A stretch of 61,506 nucleotides of DNA, filler included, from Choristocarpus tenellus KU-1152 (lineage: Eukaryota > Protista > Phaeophyceae): NCBI GenBank assembly GCA_964200185.2. It is 11 parts of 11 records of this genome, joined end to end, with 100 filler letters (N's around TTAATTAATTAA, not from the genome) between each part and the next. Parts side by side here need not be neighbours in the genome. Positions count along the whole stretch, not along the records: positions 23,056 to 28,377 come from CAXNAD020011164.1; positions 28,478 to 32,640 come from CAXNAD020015898.1; positions 32,741 to 41,720 come from CAXNAD020004137.1; 8 more parts are not named here. One strand, written 5' to 3'. Under the pieces are notes generated by a model. The model worked only from the letters and a program-made list of their open reading frames with translations. It made no database searches and was not told where the DNA came from. The position numbers and the translations under genes are program-made. Below are positions 26,294-39,231 of this stretch, one piece after another (the stretch's first letter is position 1; each line of letters starts with the position of its first letter).

Positions 26294-26745
26294 ACTTGTC
26301 CTTCATCTCAAGCTTCGTACCCTGGTCTGTGATATCAATACCCTACCCGTATAGCTTAGACCTAAGATTGTAACTTGAAAAAATAGATTGAGGTACAGTG
26401 GTCAGTGGGCAGGGTGAGCTCGAAGGCCTCTTCCTGCTCTGCCCCCCCTGGTATTATCTGGCATTTTTTTCGGATGGGGAAGTACTCAACCCTAAGTTTC
26501 CAACTCTCATTTAACAAATATCCGTGACAGCATACGCCATGAAGATTTGAGGGGAGTTCAGTGAACTGATTTCCCATATACTATAAAAAACACGACAAAA
26601 ACATCGTTGGACTTGCTTACGTCCTAGTCAAAATGTCTCACTAAGTCCTGATGCAAGATTAAAAGTCGCGGAGAAACCTGCCCTCTAGCCTGCCTAATAT
26701 ACTATGTCACACAAGCCTCCACTCTGACTAATTGGGCAATCGTTT

Positions 26746-27003
26746 GAGTCAAAGTATCTTAGAGGGTAAAGCCGCATCCACTTGTGGGTGAAAATCCAAT
26801 GTTGCGATTTTGATGTAATTTTGGGCATCGTGTTTGTTAGGAAGTGTCAATATCCATGTTCTGGACACACCTTTTCATAGCGTATACACTTTACCTATTC
26901 CTAAACATTTTGGAGAAGGAAAATGTCATAAGATAACCCATGAGAAGCCAATCCCCAAATGGACAAACAGGGCAAACTCGTACCCTCTAAGATAATTTCA
27001 CTC
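26746..27003 (+). mobile_element. MITE family A, full copy
   Basis: GAGTCAAAGTATCTTAGAGGGTA...TACCCTCTAAGATAATTTCACTC, flanked by TTT/TTT. Confidence 0.9.
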
Positions 27004-28977
27004 TTTGAAACCCTCAAGGCGGTATATATATATTAAGTCTTGTATTTTTCCTCCAGGTCCTTTCTATTTTTTACAGCGACAACATTACACACAAACAAAT
27101 GGCCTAATTCCTCAAGCAATTCCATCAAATGTCTCCTCTGTTCCTGTATCACCTGTCCCGCACTGGCATCGCTGACAATAACTATTACTGCCCCTCGTCT
27201 CTTGTTCTCAGGTGGAGCGGCACAAGCTACCCCTCTGCCAAGCTCATCAGCCTCATCTGCCATGATTGTGATTGACTTGTTTATGACAGGGTTCTTGTAA
27301 AAGACTGATGAGTCGCTGGAAAGGAGTCTCTGCCCTCTTTGCACCACTTGTGTTAGACCCTACAGCTTTCGCTATCGGTAAGCCTGCTTGTATTCTTGCT
27401 GGCTTATAGCGCAGCCGCAACTGCTGGTGTACCTGGCCTTCGCTAGTGAACTACCCTAGCGATTTTCTCTTCTCGACTCCATGTTGTATTCTGCTGATGA
27501 TGGTTAACTCACTACAAGCTGTCTGGACTGCACTCGCACCTGATACAAGTCTGATCCGACAAGGTGTGATAATTCTTCGTTAGGACTCTGTCCCATCAAC
27601 CTGTCTCAACTACTACCTGTGTTAAGTAGCTGTAATATTATCTATTGTACGCGAAGGATAAAACAAACATTATTTTCCTTCAATCACCATCCACGCCTTC
27701 CGGAAAGGTTGGTAGCAATGGTGAATTAGCATCTGAGTAGGGACTGATTGATTGTTACTTCAGCACCTGCAAACAATGGTGGTGGGGCAAACTAGCTCAA
27801 CGCAGAATGTAGAAGCACAAGGACGAAGCTTGGCCCTTAAAGTGAATGAACAGCACCGTATTATTTTTGGAACCAAGGCAGGCAAGTTAGAGACAACGGC
27901 ATATCTGCACAGGTTGATCACTTTTACGTGTGTTATTTTTAATACGAAATTTCCTTGACTTCGTCTTCAATTGGATGGCAAGACAAGAAAAAAGTTGATA
28001 TACCAGACACATTTTGAAGCTCTTTATTGAAGCCATTAAATATCCGTTCAATTATTCCTCTCCCGTTATTGATATTGAATTAATTTTGGTTACTGTAAGG
28101 ATGTGGCATGACCTGAAAAGTGGAAATCTAAATGCTACTGAGAGCAAATGAACAATGTTTGTGATAGCATTATCAAAGTGAAATATACGATACTCCAACA
28201 CGGGATGCAACAGGACACAGGTTGAAGTGGGCAGCACTCCCATTGATAGCCTCAAGGTCATACCCTCGTTAGTGGGCGACCCTAAACCATGGTTTGGAAC
28301 GCTGGTGTCTCTACACCACTCAGTTGAGGGTCAAATTATCTGGGGGGGGGGTGTCGGCGTCCGTTTTTTCATCCTTTNNNNNNNNNNNNNNNNNNNNNNN
28401 NNNNNNNNNNNNNNNNNNNNNTTAATTAATTAANNNNNNNNNNNNNNNNNNNNNNNNNNNNNNNNNNNNNNNNNNNNCCGTCTTGCCCGGTGATTCTCTT
28501 CGCCACCCTTGCCTGAGTGAACCACGCCGCCACAGAATCACACGATTCACATTATTGAATGTTTTTTTGAGGTGGAATGATGGACCTTTTTTTTAGAAGT
28601 CGACTTTAACACCCACCATTCAGAACACCATTTTAGTGAGTAAGGATACGACCAACTTATCAAAATTAAAAACTCCTCATCAACACATCCTTCAATCTGA
28701 AATAATTTGATGTCTTGCACAAAAAAGTAGTCTATTCAACAAAGAAACTACTTTTTTGGGATGGGACAGGTCGCGGTCGCGCGCTCGCGCAGATATTTTG
28801 TTTGGCCTCCATCAATCTGTACAACGATGACAAATATTACGCCTGTATTGGGTTGTACCAAGGGAGATATATCATCCTTTTCTCGATATAACCGACAGGT
28901 GACTTGGTCCAAGGGAAAACTCTTGTATCTGGGTTGGAATTGGCCGTTCTTCGCTGCGTACCTGTTGGAGGGGTGGG

Positions 28978-30847
28978 ATGTCTGGCATGATGGAGGTAAG
29001 GAAGTCTTATTTTCTAGTGCAACATGATACTGCAGAGTATCCAGAACTGGCATTATTACATTGAACATCTATGCTCTTTTCCGCGTGCTCCTTCCAGGAG
29101 TCCTGGCGCCCGCGGGTCGTGTGCTTTGGTGACAGCTTGACCCAACAAGGGTGAGAGCCGTTCACCTCACCTTGACTTTAAACGCCGACTCAGATGTTCC
29201 ATTCAAATTTCTACTCTGATCCTTTCCTACTGGAAGCAGATTCGATGCGGAGCGATTGGGGTGGCTGGCTCTGCTTGCCAACTGGTGGGAGCGCCGATTC
29301 GATATCGTGAACCGAGGCTTTAGTGGCTATAACACACGTTGGTCTATGCCTCTGCTCGAGAAGCTCTTCGTTCCTGGTGGTACACCCACCAAACTTGTCA
29401 CCATATTCTTTGGCGCCAACGACTGCGTTATGGAAGGCTTTGCTCAGCATGGTTAGTGCAGGTTCATTTACTATTTTCTCCCGCATGATACCACCTTGAG
29501 ATCAAGATGCGACTGACGAGACATTCAACAAGTTCTAATGACGCGAGTGAAATGAACCAGGGATAAGTGTTCTTGCATCGACTTCGACTAGTGTTTGCTC
29601 TCCATTTTCAAACAATGGTTGCTCTTTTGAAACCTCAGTGGGCACTTATGAAACTGTCTAAAGTGATTCTCCCCAACTCACTACCGCGTGCACTACCTTT
29701 CCTCCTGTTGCGCATGAAGTTCCCTTGAACGAATACCGTTCAAATCTAAAGGTCATGGTTAATCACGTTCGAGCAGTGCATGGGGACGTAAAGGTTGTTC
29801 TCATCACCCCTCCACCAATACATGAGGTACGTACAATTGCACAGAAGTATATATAATGGAAGATTATGGATGGTGTGTATTTGTTTGGCGGAGGGTACCC
29901 ATGACAGTAGGATTTTGAACTCTTACGGGACCAAATGTCTAGAGCAGCACCCTTCAGAAATCTACAATGCAGGAACCCACAGTACCCTCCCCCTCCACTC
30001 GCCCAATCAATAACAAACTATCCTGCCACCCTTCACTCTTGCCAACATTTTTGTGTGACTGTGAGCAGGGCAGATGGACAGCCAATAGGGAGGGTAAGGG
30101 TGGGAAGATGGACCGAAAGCAAGCCTTGACCATGGCCTATGCTCAAGCGTGCACAGAGGTGTGTGCCACCATGTTCTGGGTGCCCTCTTTTTTGCGAACT
30201 TGCCATACTGTAGTTGCAAGATCTTTCAATGGAGATTGAAGAAAGGATTTTTTTGTGATGTAGCCTTGAACACACAAGCTTGCCATACTATATACAAGAC
30301 GATTCTGATACTGACCTCAGGGCGTTGTACAGTCCTTGAAAGGAGCTGTGCAACAAACCCATGAACAAAAGGATTCTGCAATGCATTTCACAAGAAGAAG
30401 AAGGGTGCCCTACAGTACTATATCACAATTTAGTGTGATACATACTCCTCAACCCCTCATGAGAAATTTCCTGGATCTAGCTCAACCTCAACCTGCCCAA
30501 TCATTGCAAATCTGGGTATCATATCAACCCCTTACATGTACTCAGCTCCTCTTCCCCTCTATCCATGGATGACATCCAACATGCTGCAGGTAGCTCGTGA
30601 TCTATCTGTTCCTGTTGTCAATGCCTTTTCGTTGCTTGGGTCTGGTGATGAGGTTCTTGCGAGCGAATACCTCAACGACGGAGTCCATTTCACTTCAGCA
30701 GGCAATAAGGCCATATTTGAGGCGATGCGGGCCTTGGTGGAGAGGGACTTCCCGGAGCTGCAGCCAGACGTGGTGCCAATGCAGGCCCCACACTTTTCCA
30801 ATGTTGACCCAGACGACCCTCGAGGCAGTGTGCTTAGAAGCTTGTGA
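28978..30847 (+). CDS. IAH1: SGNH/GDSL hydrolase, isoamyl acetate-hydrolysing esterase 1-like (exons 28978-28995?, 29098-29150, 29240-29451, 29720-29826, 30069-30158, 30590-30847)
   Basis: All SGNH blocks present: FGDSLTQQG, NRGFSGYNTRW, FFGANDC, ITPPP, DGVHF. GT-AG junctions with consistent phases. The start exon is tentative. Confidence 0.93.
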
Positions 30848-31589
30848 AGTGTTTGGGCTTAATGGGTACTTGTGTGCCTGCCACCTTCTTGGTAGGATGT
30901 TCTTTTTTTCTGGAAGAGAGGTTGCTGTGGTAGACTCGACTACAGGAGGAGCACCATGGCATGTCATGTGTGTGATTTGGACGTGTCAAATCTTTTTCGT
31001 TCAAGGGCATGATACACAGCCAACAAATAGTTTGAAGTCAAAGAGTCTTGAAAGTCTGAAATGAATTGACCAGCCTGTAATTTTTTTGAAATAGCGAGTG
31101 GCCCCACTTGTTTGTCATATTTTAAGAACGTTCCGGTGTGCAGGTTTTGTATCCCAGTGCATGAACAAAATTGCAAACCCTGACGATTAGTGTCAGCTAG
31201 GGTTAGCTGGCAAAAAAAGAAAAAATAGTAAGTTGTATGTGAGAGAGATGTTCAGAGGGAGTGTGGTGTGCTGGGCTCACGGTTTTGCTTATTCTATTGA
31301 GCAGATGCAAGGTTTGCCAAACAATGCCCAGCGTATTTATCGTGATTCCATTATGGGATGAGGTCAGTCCACTGTCTAGGGGTGGAGGAGTGCTGCTGAC
31401 AGCCTTATTTTTGAACAGTGGTGTGATGAAGACCTTTTTTTTATTTGTTATTTTAATGGAGGAAATAACATGAAATTTGAGGACAAAAGATAGACATCTG
31501 TACTTCGGAGGAAGACAATATGAATATCACAGTTTGGGGTACACCTATCTCTCAATATTTCTTACGTTTGATAGGCTGCACAACCATTA

Positions 31590-32064
31590 GGCCATCTCTT
31601 CTGATGTACAAACATTAGGTACCTGAAAATCATGCATACGGAAACACATTAGGGTTTTTTTCACGAGCTTCACATACACAGCTGATTTGTATGCGGATTT
31701 TTGATTCGGCGTCAGGGAGCAAGTGCCTGCATGGCCACCATATTCGGCAATTCATTCAAAAAATTATTTTTTTGTGGGAACACAGAACACGAAAACATAC
31801 GGGAAAGGCATTCAAAAATAATTTCCTATTTTGGTTTTTATGTACAATTTGCTGTAAATTGTGTATCCACAAAATCGAAAAAGATGCACCGAGTGAATGC
31901 CTTGTTGGCTATGGCAATCATTATCCCCGTGTATAGGTATTTCTGCCCTGATGCCAAATCAAAATCAGACTACCAAACAACTATTTACTGCTTGTGGAAA
32001 CTCCCACCTTGTGCCTGTATTCATGATTTTCAGATACCTTTTTTTTTTGCTGTAACAGATGGCC
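31590..32064. mobile_element. Tourist/PIF-Harbinger-like MITE (475 bp) with TTA TSD and long imperfect subterminal inverted repeats
   Basis: TTA|GGCCATCT...AGATGGCC|TTA. Internal inverted blocks ggtacctgaaaatcatgcatac / gtattcatgattttcagatacc and tttgattcggcgtcaggg / ccctgatgccaaatcaaa. Confidence 0.85.
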
Positions 32065-33688
32065 TTATTAATAACAAGCAATGCTTCTATTGCTTTGATA
32101 GTGTGATGTTCTCTGATGTTTTATGTATATTTCAGGCAAGCCTTTTAACACCGGCCTGAACAATGGCATACACGGTAAGCCCCATATGGTTCCAGTCATG
32201 GTGAGAGAGCATACAGCATCACACCTCTTGTCTACATTGAGTAGTCATTTCCCCCCCCATTGTTCTGTCCTCTTGGTCCATGAACAGCAAGTGGAAGGAA
32301 AGCTGCCCATTGGGGATGCAGAGTGTGCATCCCATCTGGCAACCCCAGAGGACATTAGACAGCAAAGCATACTGTGAATCCCCCTTGAAGCTCCCCCTTT
32401 AAATTATAGGGAAAATGAGGGTTGTATTAAGGGTTAGGGAGAAAAAAATCCTTTTGTTAGAATTAAATATCTGAGTACATAATAGTGACATATACAGAAG
32501 AGCACTTTGTCAGTATAGGAAATTTTATCACTGTGTTTTGAGAGGGTGCAATGGGAGTTCCATCCAACAGCGGATCATGATAATGGCGGATGGATCATTT
32601 CATGGAGGATGGGTTTGACCGAAATGGTGCGCGGAAAGTGNNNNNNNNNNNNNNNNNNNNNNNNNNNNNNNNNNNNNNNNNNNNTTAATTAATTAANNNN
32701 NNNNNNNNNNNNNNNNNNNNNNNNNNNNNNNNNNNNNNNNGGGGGAGGCGGGGGGGGGGGGGAGGGAGGGGGGGGGGGGGGGGGGGGGGGGAGGGATTAG
32801 ATGAATAAACATAATTTTGGATAAAAAAGAGGGCTCATTCACAACTTGAACGACTGAAGTCCCAAGGTACCTCTAGCTGTTTTCAATACGGTCTACTCAA
32901 CGCCTTCCATCAAAATAATGTGATGTCAGGGCTGTTGCAGATGTCTACTACCAACAGTGCTCGTGAAAAAAGACAGATGCTCTGTTGCCAGGGCTCTCAA
33001 GAGTTAGGAATTCCGCCGTTGCTCTCAAGCAACCCCGTCAATCTGAGATATCCCAGTGAGGCCCTTCCTGTACAACACCCCGGTTGTAAACAAACACCAT
33101 TCCACATGTAAAGTGTGCGATCAGGAACATCCCACTATCCATCAAAACGCCTCTCTGCAACGCTCAAACCAAATGTAGTGGGTCAGAGCTTGAGAACGGA
33201 GGTCTTCCTGTATCAGATTACCTTACCTGAAAGAGCAACTTTGCATCCCCCCCCCTGAAGTTGGAACCACTCTTTCTCACTGTCACCGGGAACCATTCAC
33301 ATGTCTTAAATCTGCCATGTATAACAAAAGCTGACCTCAGACAACCAGATCGCACGTGCATCTACCTGAAACCTCAAGACACCACCCCATTAGTCACTGC
33401 ACTACTGACACAGCACAAGCATGCCCCATCCCTGAGCCACACTACACCCTAAACAGCCTTGAACAAACTCAAAACGCCTTATCATATTTTCACCTAAAAC
33501 CTGCGTACGGCGCCTCCGGGGTAAAATGCAGTTGTAGCCCTTCCACTTCACTACTGAACAGTCTACTTCAAGGTACACCCGTACACCGAAACAGGAACGC
33601 CCTTGAAGTACAAACAACTCCACAAACATACAAACAACACAGCACAAATCAAGCGCAACATAAAAAAACGGTTTTTGCTAACATGTAC

Positions 33689-36600
33689 CTTGGAGGTGAT
33701 GGCTGACTTGGCATTGTCCGTGGCCTGCGTGGCGGAGGCCTTGACTGCTTCAACAAACGACGTGAACAGACCTCGAACTATCTCACGAAGCTGTTCGGAC
33801 AGAGGACTGTCCTGAAAAATGAACAAGCCATGAGGGCAATTGAGGAGGAGAGGGTTGAATGCGAGAGGGGAAGGTGGCGGGATGGGATATTATCTTTTAC
33901 CGCAACGGAGGACTGGATTGATTTCTACAGACATGAGCCAGGCACGTCAAGGAGGTAGCGCCAACGCACAAGCACAGCGAGTTTTGATTCGGGTCCTCTT
34001 GGCATCTGCTGAAAGAGAAGCAACATTTTGAAGCTCCAGTATGATTTGCGCCTGCTTGTAGGAAAAAATAATTAGGGTTCTAATAATCGGCTCTATTTGG
34101 AAGGACAAGTAAAAAGCTAATGGAGAGGAAGGGAGGGCACAGAGATGGTCGGAGCAGCGAGCTTCCAACGAACATCTCTCTCTCTCTCTCTCTCTCTCTC
34201 TGGATGGAGTCCTACCCAGGGACAAGATCGAAAGAGTTAAGGGAGGAGACTAAAAGAGGGGAAATAAGGAATACACACAACTTGCATAATATTCAGCAGG
34301 TATGATAGGAAAAACTTGTGGAATAGAGCAAATAATAAATATTATTATTATTATCAGATTATACATCACTTCGTACAGAAATGACAACAAAATGGCACTT
34401 TACTAAAGATTCAGTTCATAGTGCAAAAGAGTCATCCAGAGGACAAAAAAAAAGCCCAGTAGTAGGTCCCTACCTACTGTTCATAGTGCAAACCCATTGA
34501 GCTATACCCTAACTCAATTGTTCAATGATGGAGTGCACAAAATGGAAAACAGTGATCTATTCAAAGGTATGTAGAGGTCTACAATGCCAGGAATAGCATA
34601 GATCAAAAAGGACAGACACAAAAAAATTAAAAAAGTATAAAAACACTAGACTTCACTGGCGTTATTAGGTCATTCCAAGGTACTTGGCCAGGAACCTTCT
34701 AAAGAGAACAAATTGCTTCTTATTATTCCATTTGCTGCAGTCCGAACAGCTCACGCATCTTGAGGGGGCACGATGCAGATTCCGTGCTAATTCTTCAAAT
34801 CTTACAACAACAAAAATAAATTAATTTAGGTGTCCAAGGGACTGCGCCAAGCCAGAAAACCAAAAAAGATGGGGAGGCAACTTCGCCTCTCACTTATTTA
34901 TCATCCATCAGAGCACACCAAACACGAACCGGGAGTCTGAGAAACTATTCTGTTTTTTCTCGGGAAGATGATCCTCCCCCCATCCCCCCCAGAAGCAAAA
35001 GAGTGTGTGGAAAAGGGGACGCAGATAATGTTTGTAGGACGCACAATACAATGCACCTCTTGATTTTGCCTAAGTAAGCTCCAACAGCGTGATACAGAGA
35101 TTACCTCGAGATGAGATCTCTGTCAACTTTAAGCACATGAGAGTACACATCCTTAAAAAGTTGTTTTTTTTAAATACAATAGGGGCCCGTTAAACGACCT
35201 ACAACCCCCCACCCACATACAGTAGAGCATAGCAGAAAATAAAAAATATAACGGTAAATTAAATCCTTTTTTAAAAAAAAATAATTTTCTACAAAATATT
35301 GTTGAACACAGAAACAGACAACAAAAACAGAACGGTATCAATTCTCTCACGGCATCAAAAAATGCACAGGAAAAAAACAAAATGTATATATACATATATA
35401 TATATATCTACGCCTCTAACTGCACGAACATTCTCACTCTCTCAAAAAAAGCAAGCCAGCAAGTCAGTCAGTCAGCCAGCCAGCCAGCCAGCCAGGTCTC
35501 CTGCCCCTCCCCCCCCCTCCTTTCCCCTTCCTTCCAACAATAGAACAATAGAGCAGATATCGTGAACAACGCACCCCTTCATACCAGAACCAGCAAAAAA
35601 TCACCTCCACCACATTGGACAACCAACAACAGTGCAAGCTTCCAGCCCCACACGACACATCTCTTCTCTTCATCCCCTATCCGTGTTCACCTGCATGGCA
35701 CCTGCATACCCGGCCCCACCTAATAGTACTGCAGTCACAGGGGGTGCCCACGGCGCTTCCCCACTAGCGAAGAGCCCATCGCCCAGCCCCCCCGCCACCA
35801 ATCCCACAGCGCCTGCTGCGCCAGCAACTAGGAGTGTGTCTGTCTTTCGCTTTGCAGCCTTGCTGACTGCTGCTCGGGCACGCTCTCGCTCCTCTTCAGC
35901 CTTCGATGCAGTTGATACAGGGGGGGGGGGGGAGAGGGAGGGTTGGGGGAGGTGAGAGGGTGAGACAGGTTCGTCACAGACAGGAATAAGTAAAACTATT
36001 ACTTGGAAAAGTGGTTTGAGAGTAGATCGAGCGAGGTGGTACAGATGTAGTGATTGGCCGTCAAATTAGGTGCATTGCAGGGGGGAAGGGCATGGAGAGG
36101 ATGAACACATCGTGTGAAGGAGACTGCAGGCAACGTAAATCAAGCAAACACATGTTCAATCAATTTGACACATGATTGCAATATCTACCATAGGCATGCT
36201 CAGCACAGAGCATACTTGACTCCTTTCCACTCTCTCACATGCCAAGCACCTGCATACATGGTGCCTTATCAATACCCTAACCCCAAACCTGCAACCAGAA
36301 TATCAAGTATCCACCTTCCGCTGGGCTGCCTTCTTGAGCTCCTCTGCCTCCTTCGCCTTCACCATGTTCTCCAAGCTGGTCTTATCCATCTGTCCTGCAC
36401 TCACAATAGACGAAAGGTTTGAATTGAAGACATAGTATCGTGAGTGAGTGGTGGGGATGAAGGCCACTGGCGCCAACAAGAGTAGAGAGGCATTTCGCCA
36501 GGGAGGCAACAGGACTGCAGGAGAAACAAACTGTGCACATGCTTCACTTGGTGAATGGGGGAGAAGGAAGGGGAGAGTGACAGAGCAACAAGGAGGTGCT

Positions 36601-38150
36601 GTAATATCGTTTCTAAACCACGATATTGCATTAGGGTAACCATAAAGACTTTGTGATACATCACATCCTATCCCTTTCAGTTTCATAGCACCAAAAAGAT
36701 ACCATTACTAATACGCCACCTTGGCACCCAATACATACTTCAACCATCACACTCATCCACTCTACAATGGCTCCTGGTTAAGCTTCTCACCCACTAAGAC
36801 ACGCATCATCTGAGGCAGGAGATGGTGGTCACTCTTTGGAGCAGTGTGCCAACTCTCCACCTCTGCATACACAGCCTTGCATGGAGTTGACTGCTTCGTG
36901 ACAGTATATGGACATCCATATCCCAATGCAATCCAACCTTATCTTAAGCCTTACCTTTTGAGAACTTGGAGATGGCATCCTTTATGCTTCCGCTGGAAGG
37001 ATCTACGCCTGGCGCGTCGTTGGTGCTTGCCGCAGGTGTTGGCGGGGTCGATGCTGCAGCCTTAGGGGGTTGAGGTTTCTCAGCCTGGGGTCGGGAGGGC
37101 GGTGTTGCTTCTGTGTCGTCTACTCCAGCATTGAGGGGAGAGGCCCTGACTGACCACCTGGCAACCTTTCCTACCGAACCCGACCTGATCAGGACAAGGA
37201 CAAAGAACGAGATTGCATCAAATGTGTGAGCGGGAGGATGGAAAATAGGAAGAACAGTCAAGTTTGGGGGTTTCAGGGTCCATTGCTGCAGCTTTTTGAA
37301 AGCTTCCAATTAAAGGGCAATGCAGAGCAAACCAGGGCTGCGATGAGGAGACAGGTGGCCGACAGACTGACAATACTACTTGAGGCATTGATACACAAAT
37401 GGTAACTTGGATATTACCCTGGTATAGATGGGTAGAAAATAGTCAGCCAGGAGAACACCAATCAAGCCAAAAACGGCACAAGGGTTACCAAGATAACGGT
37501 GAACGAACACCCCCAGAAAGCATATCCAGTGACCTCTCCGAAGCCGCAACAAGGAGTTTTGCGATCATTTTCATAATCTAGGATAAGCAAAAGAGGATAT
37601 TTTCTCTATTGCAAGTAGATAGCAACTTCTCTAAGACTAACCTCGCCTATGGCAACCTGGACGCTAGTCGACGAGATCAAGCATGAGGGTGCTCTGACCT
37701 GCTAACCGGAATCGAGAATCAGATCAACAGAGCACATCCAAAGCTTAAAACTACCACCTGCGGCGACACCAGCCACCGAGTACTTCCATAAACCATGTAT
37801 GGGAACAAAGGGGGTGTCGTTACATCCATCGACATCTTGGGAGATTCACCCCTGTAATCACTAGGGTGTGAACTCCTTCCTCTTGTGTTCAGCCAGAGGA
37901 GGGTAGAGAACGCCATCACAACGTTCATTTCACCAAAGACACTATACATGCTACTAGCCTGTTTGATGGTGACTTACCTCAGAGTTGCAATGGGACAAAT
38001 GTCTCGAGTGGCCTGAGAAGACCTGCCTAACTGGGTGGGGTTGAAGGTAGCCGAGATTGGATTTGGCACGAAACCCGCTGTCTCATACTTTCCATGTGCT
38101 TGTCCTGCCACAGCAAGCAGCAACAGTCCCACCTTACATCTAGTAGGCAT
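33689..38150 (-). CDS. Plastid-targeted membrane protein of unknown function, 5' part (exons 38150-37978, 37184-36955, 36394-36315, 35900-35691, 33811-33689)
   Basis: Leader MPTRCKVGLLLLAVAGQAHG..TAG-FVP (ASAFAP-like) plus an S/T/R-rich transit, a Pro/Ala linker, a charged helix and a Gly/Ala-rich hydrophobic hairpin. Phases 2,1,0,0 join correctly. Confidence 0.75.
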
Positions 38151-38975
38151 CCTGAGTACACAGAACGAGACGGTGGAGTGCCACCACCCCCTTTGAACCC
38201 AAGCTGGCCTGGGCTGGCTTGGGTACTGCTGTTTGCATGAACGCAGGAACAAGGAAAATTGGATGGTTTGATATACACTCTATTTCACTCACCGATATCT
38301 CAATCCATTGTTCAAGGTGCTGCGCGATCCGTGCGCAGAACTTCATTTTTGTCGATTATCATTTGAGGTTGTGGTTTACATGCATACAATGGTGGTGTTT
38401 ACTCAACCTTAAGAGAACAATAGTATTCATTGTATTGAGGGGTAGTAAGATATTACTGCTACATGTAAGAGGGGTATGGAGTAGGAACTTCATAAACATT
38501 GAGTTCACAGCACCTAGGCGACAATTTATTGACATGTCATACAGTTCAAGCTGGAGACACTCACTAGTTGGTGGTGAAGATGCAAATTGCGACTCCTTTC
38601 TTTGTTGGTGTTTCCGAAGGACTATTTCCTCGGTACTTTACAAACAATACAGAGTGGTTGTGACGTTTATTTTATTCTCTACCTTAATCTTCCTCTATTC
38701 CCTCCATAACATCTTGACCTAAATGTGTTAGCGGGGATGAGATAATATATACGTTGTGTAAGTATGTTGTCAGAGCTCTGTGGATAGTGGACCTCGAACA
38801 AAACCGAAATTGGAGCTCTAGTCCACCAACTATGCAAAATATATATATATTGCCACCCTGTTGTACTGACTGCGACACAACCTCTGGTCTATCATTTGAA
38901 GTCAAGATCAGAATGCTCAAGGCTGAAATACTACAAGTCTTGTCCTGTATGGTTTATGATTTGGACACTCCGCCA

Positions 38976-39231
38976 GGCCCAAAGCATTTAAGAGGGTAGG
39001 AATTTTGCCTGTTTGTCCATTCGGGGCTTGGCTTCCCACAGGCTTTTTATGCCCTTTTTCGGTTTTATGTGTGAACACAATTACCTAAAATGTGTATGAC
39101 TGTGAAAGGTGTGTCCAGAAGCAAGGATATACACTCGCTAACAAATATGATATCCAAAATTCATCCAAATCGCAACATCGGATTTATGACCCCGAACAGA
39201 CGTGGCCTCACCCTCTTAAATGCTTTGGGTC
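38976..39231 (-). mobile_element. MITE family A, diverged copy in reverse orientation
   Basis: GGCCCAAAGCATTTAAGAGGGT...ACCCTCTTAAATGCTTTGGGTC, flanked by CCA/CCA. Confidence 0.8.
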
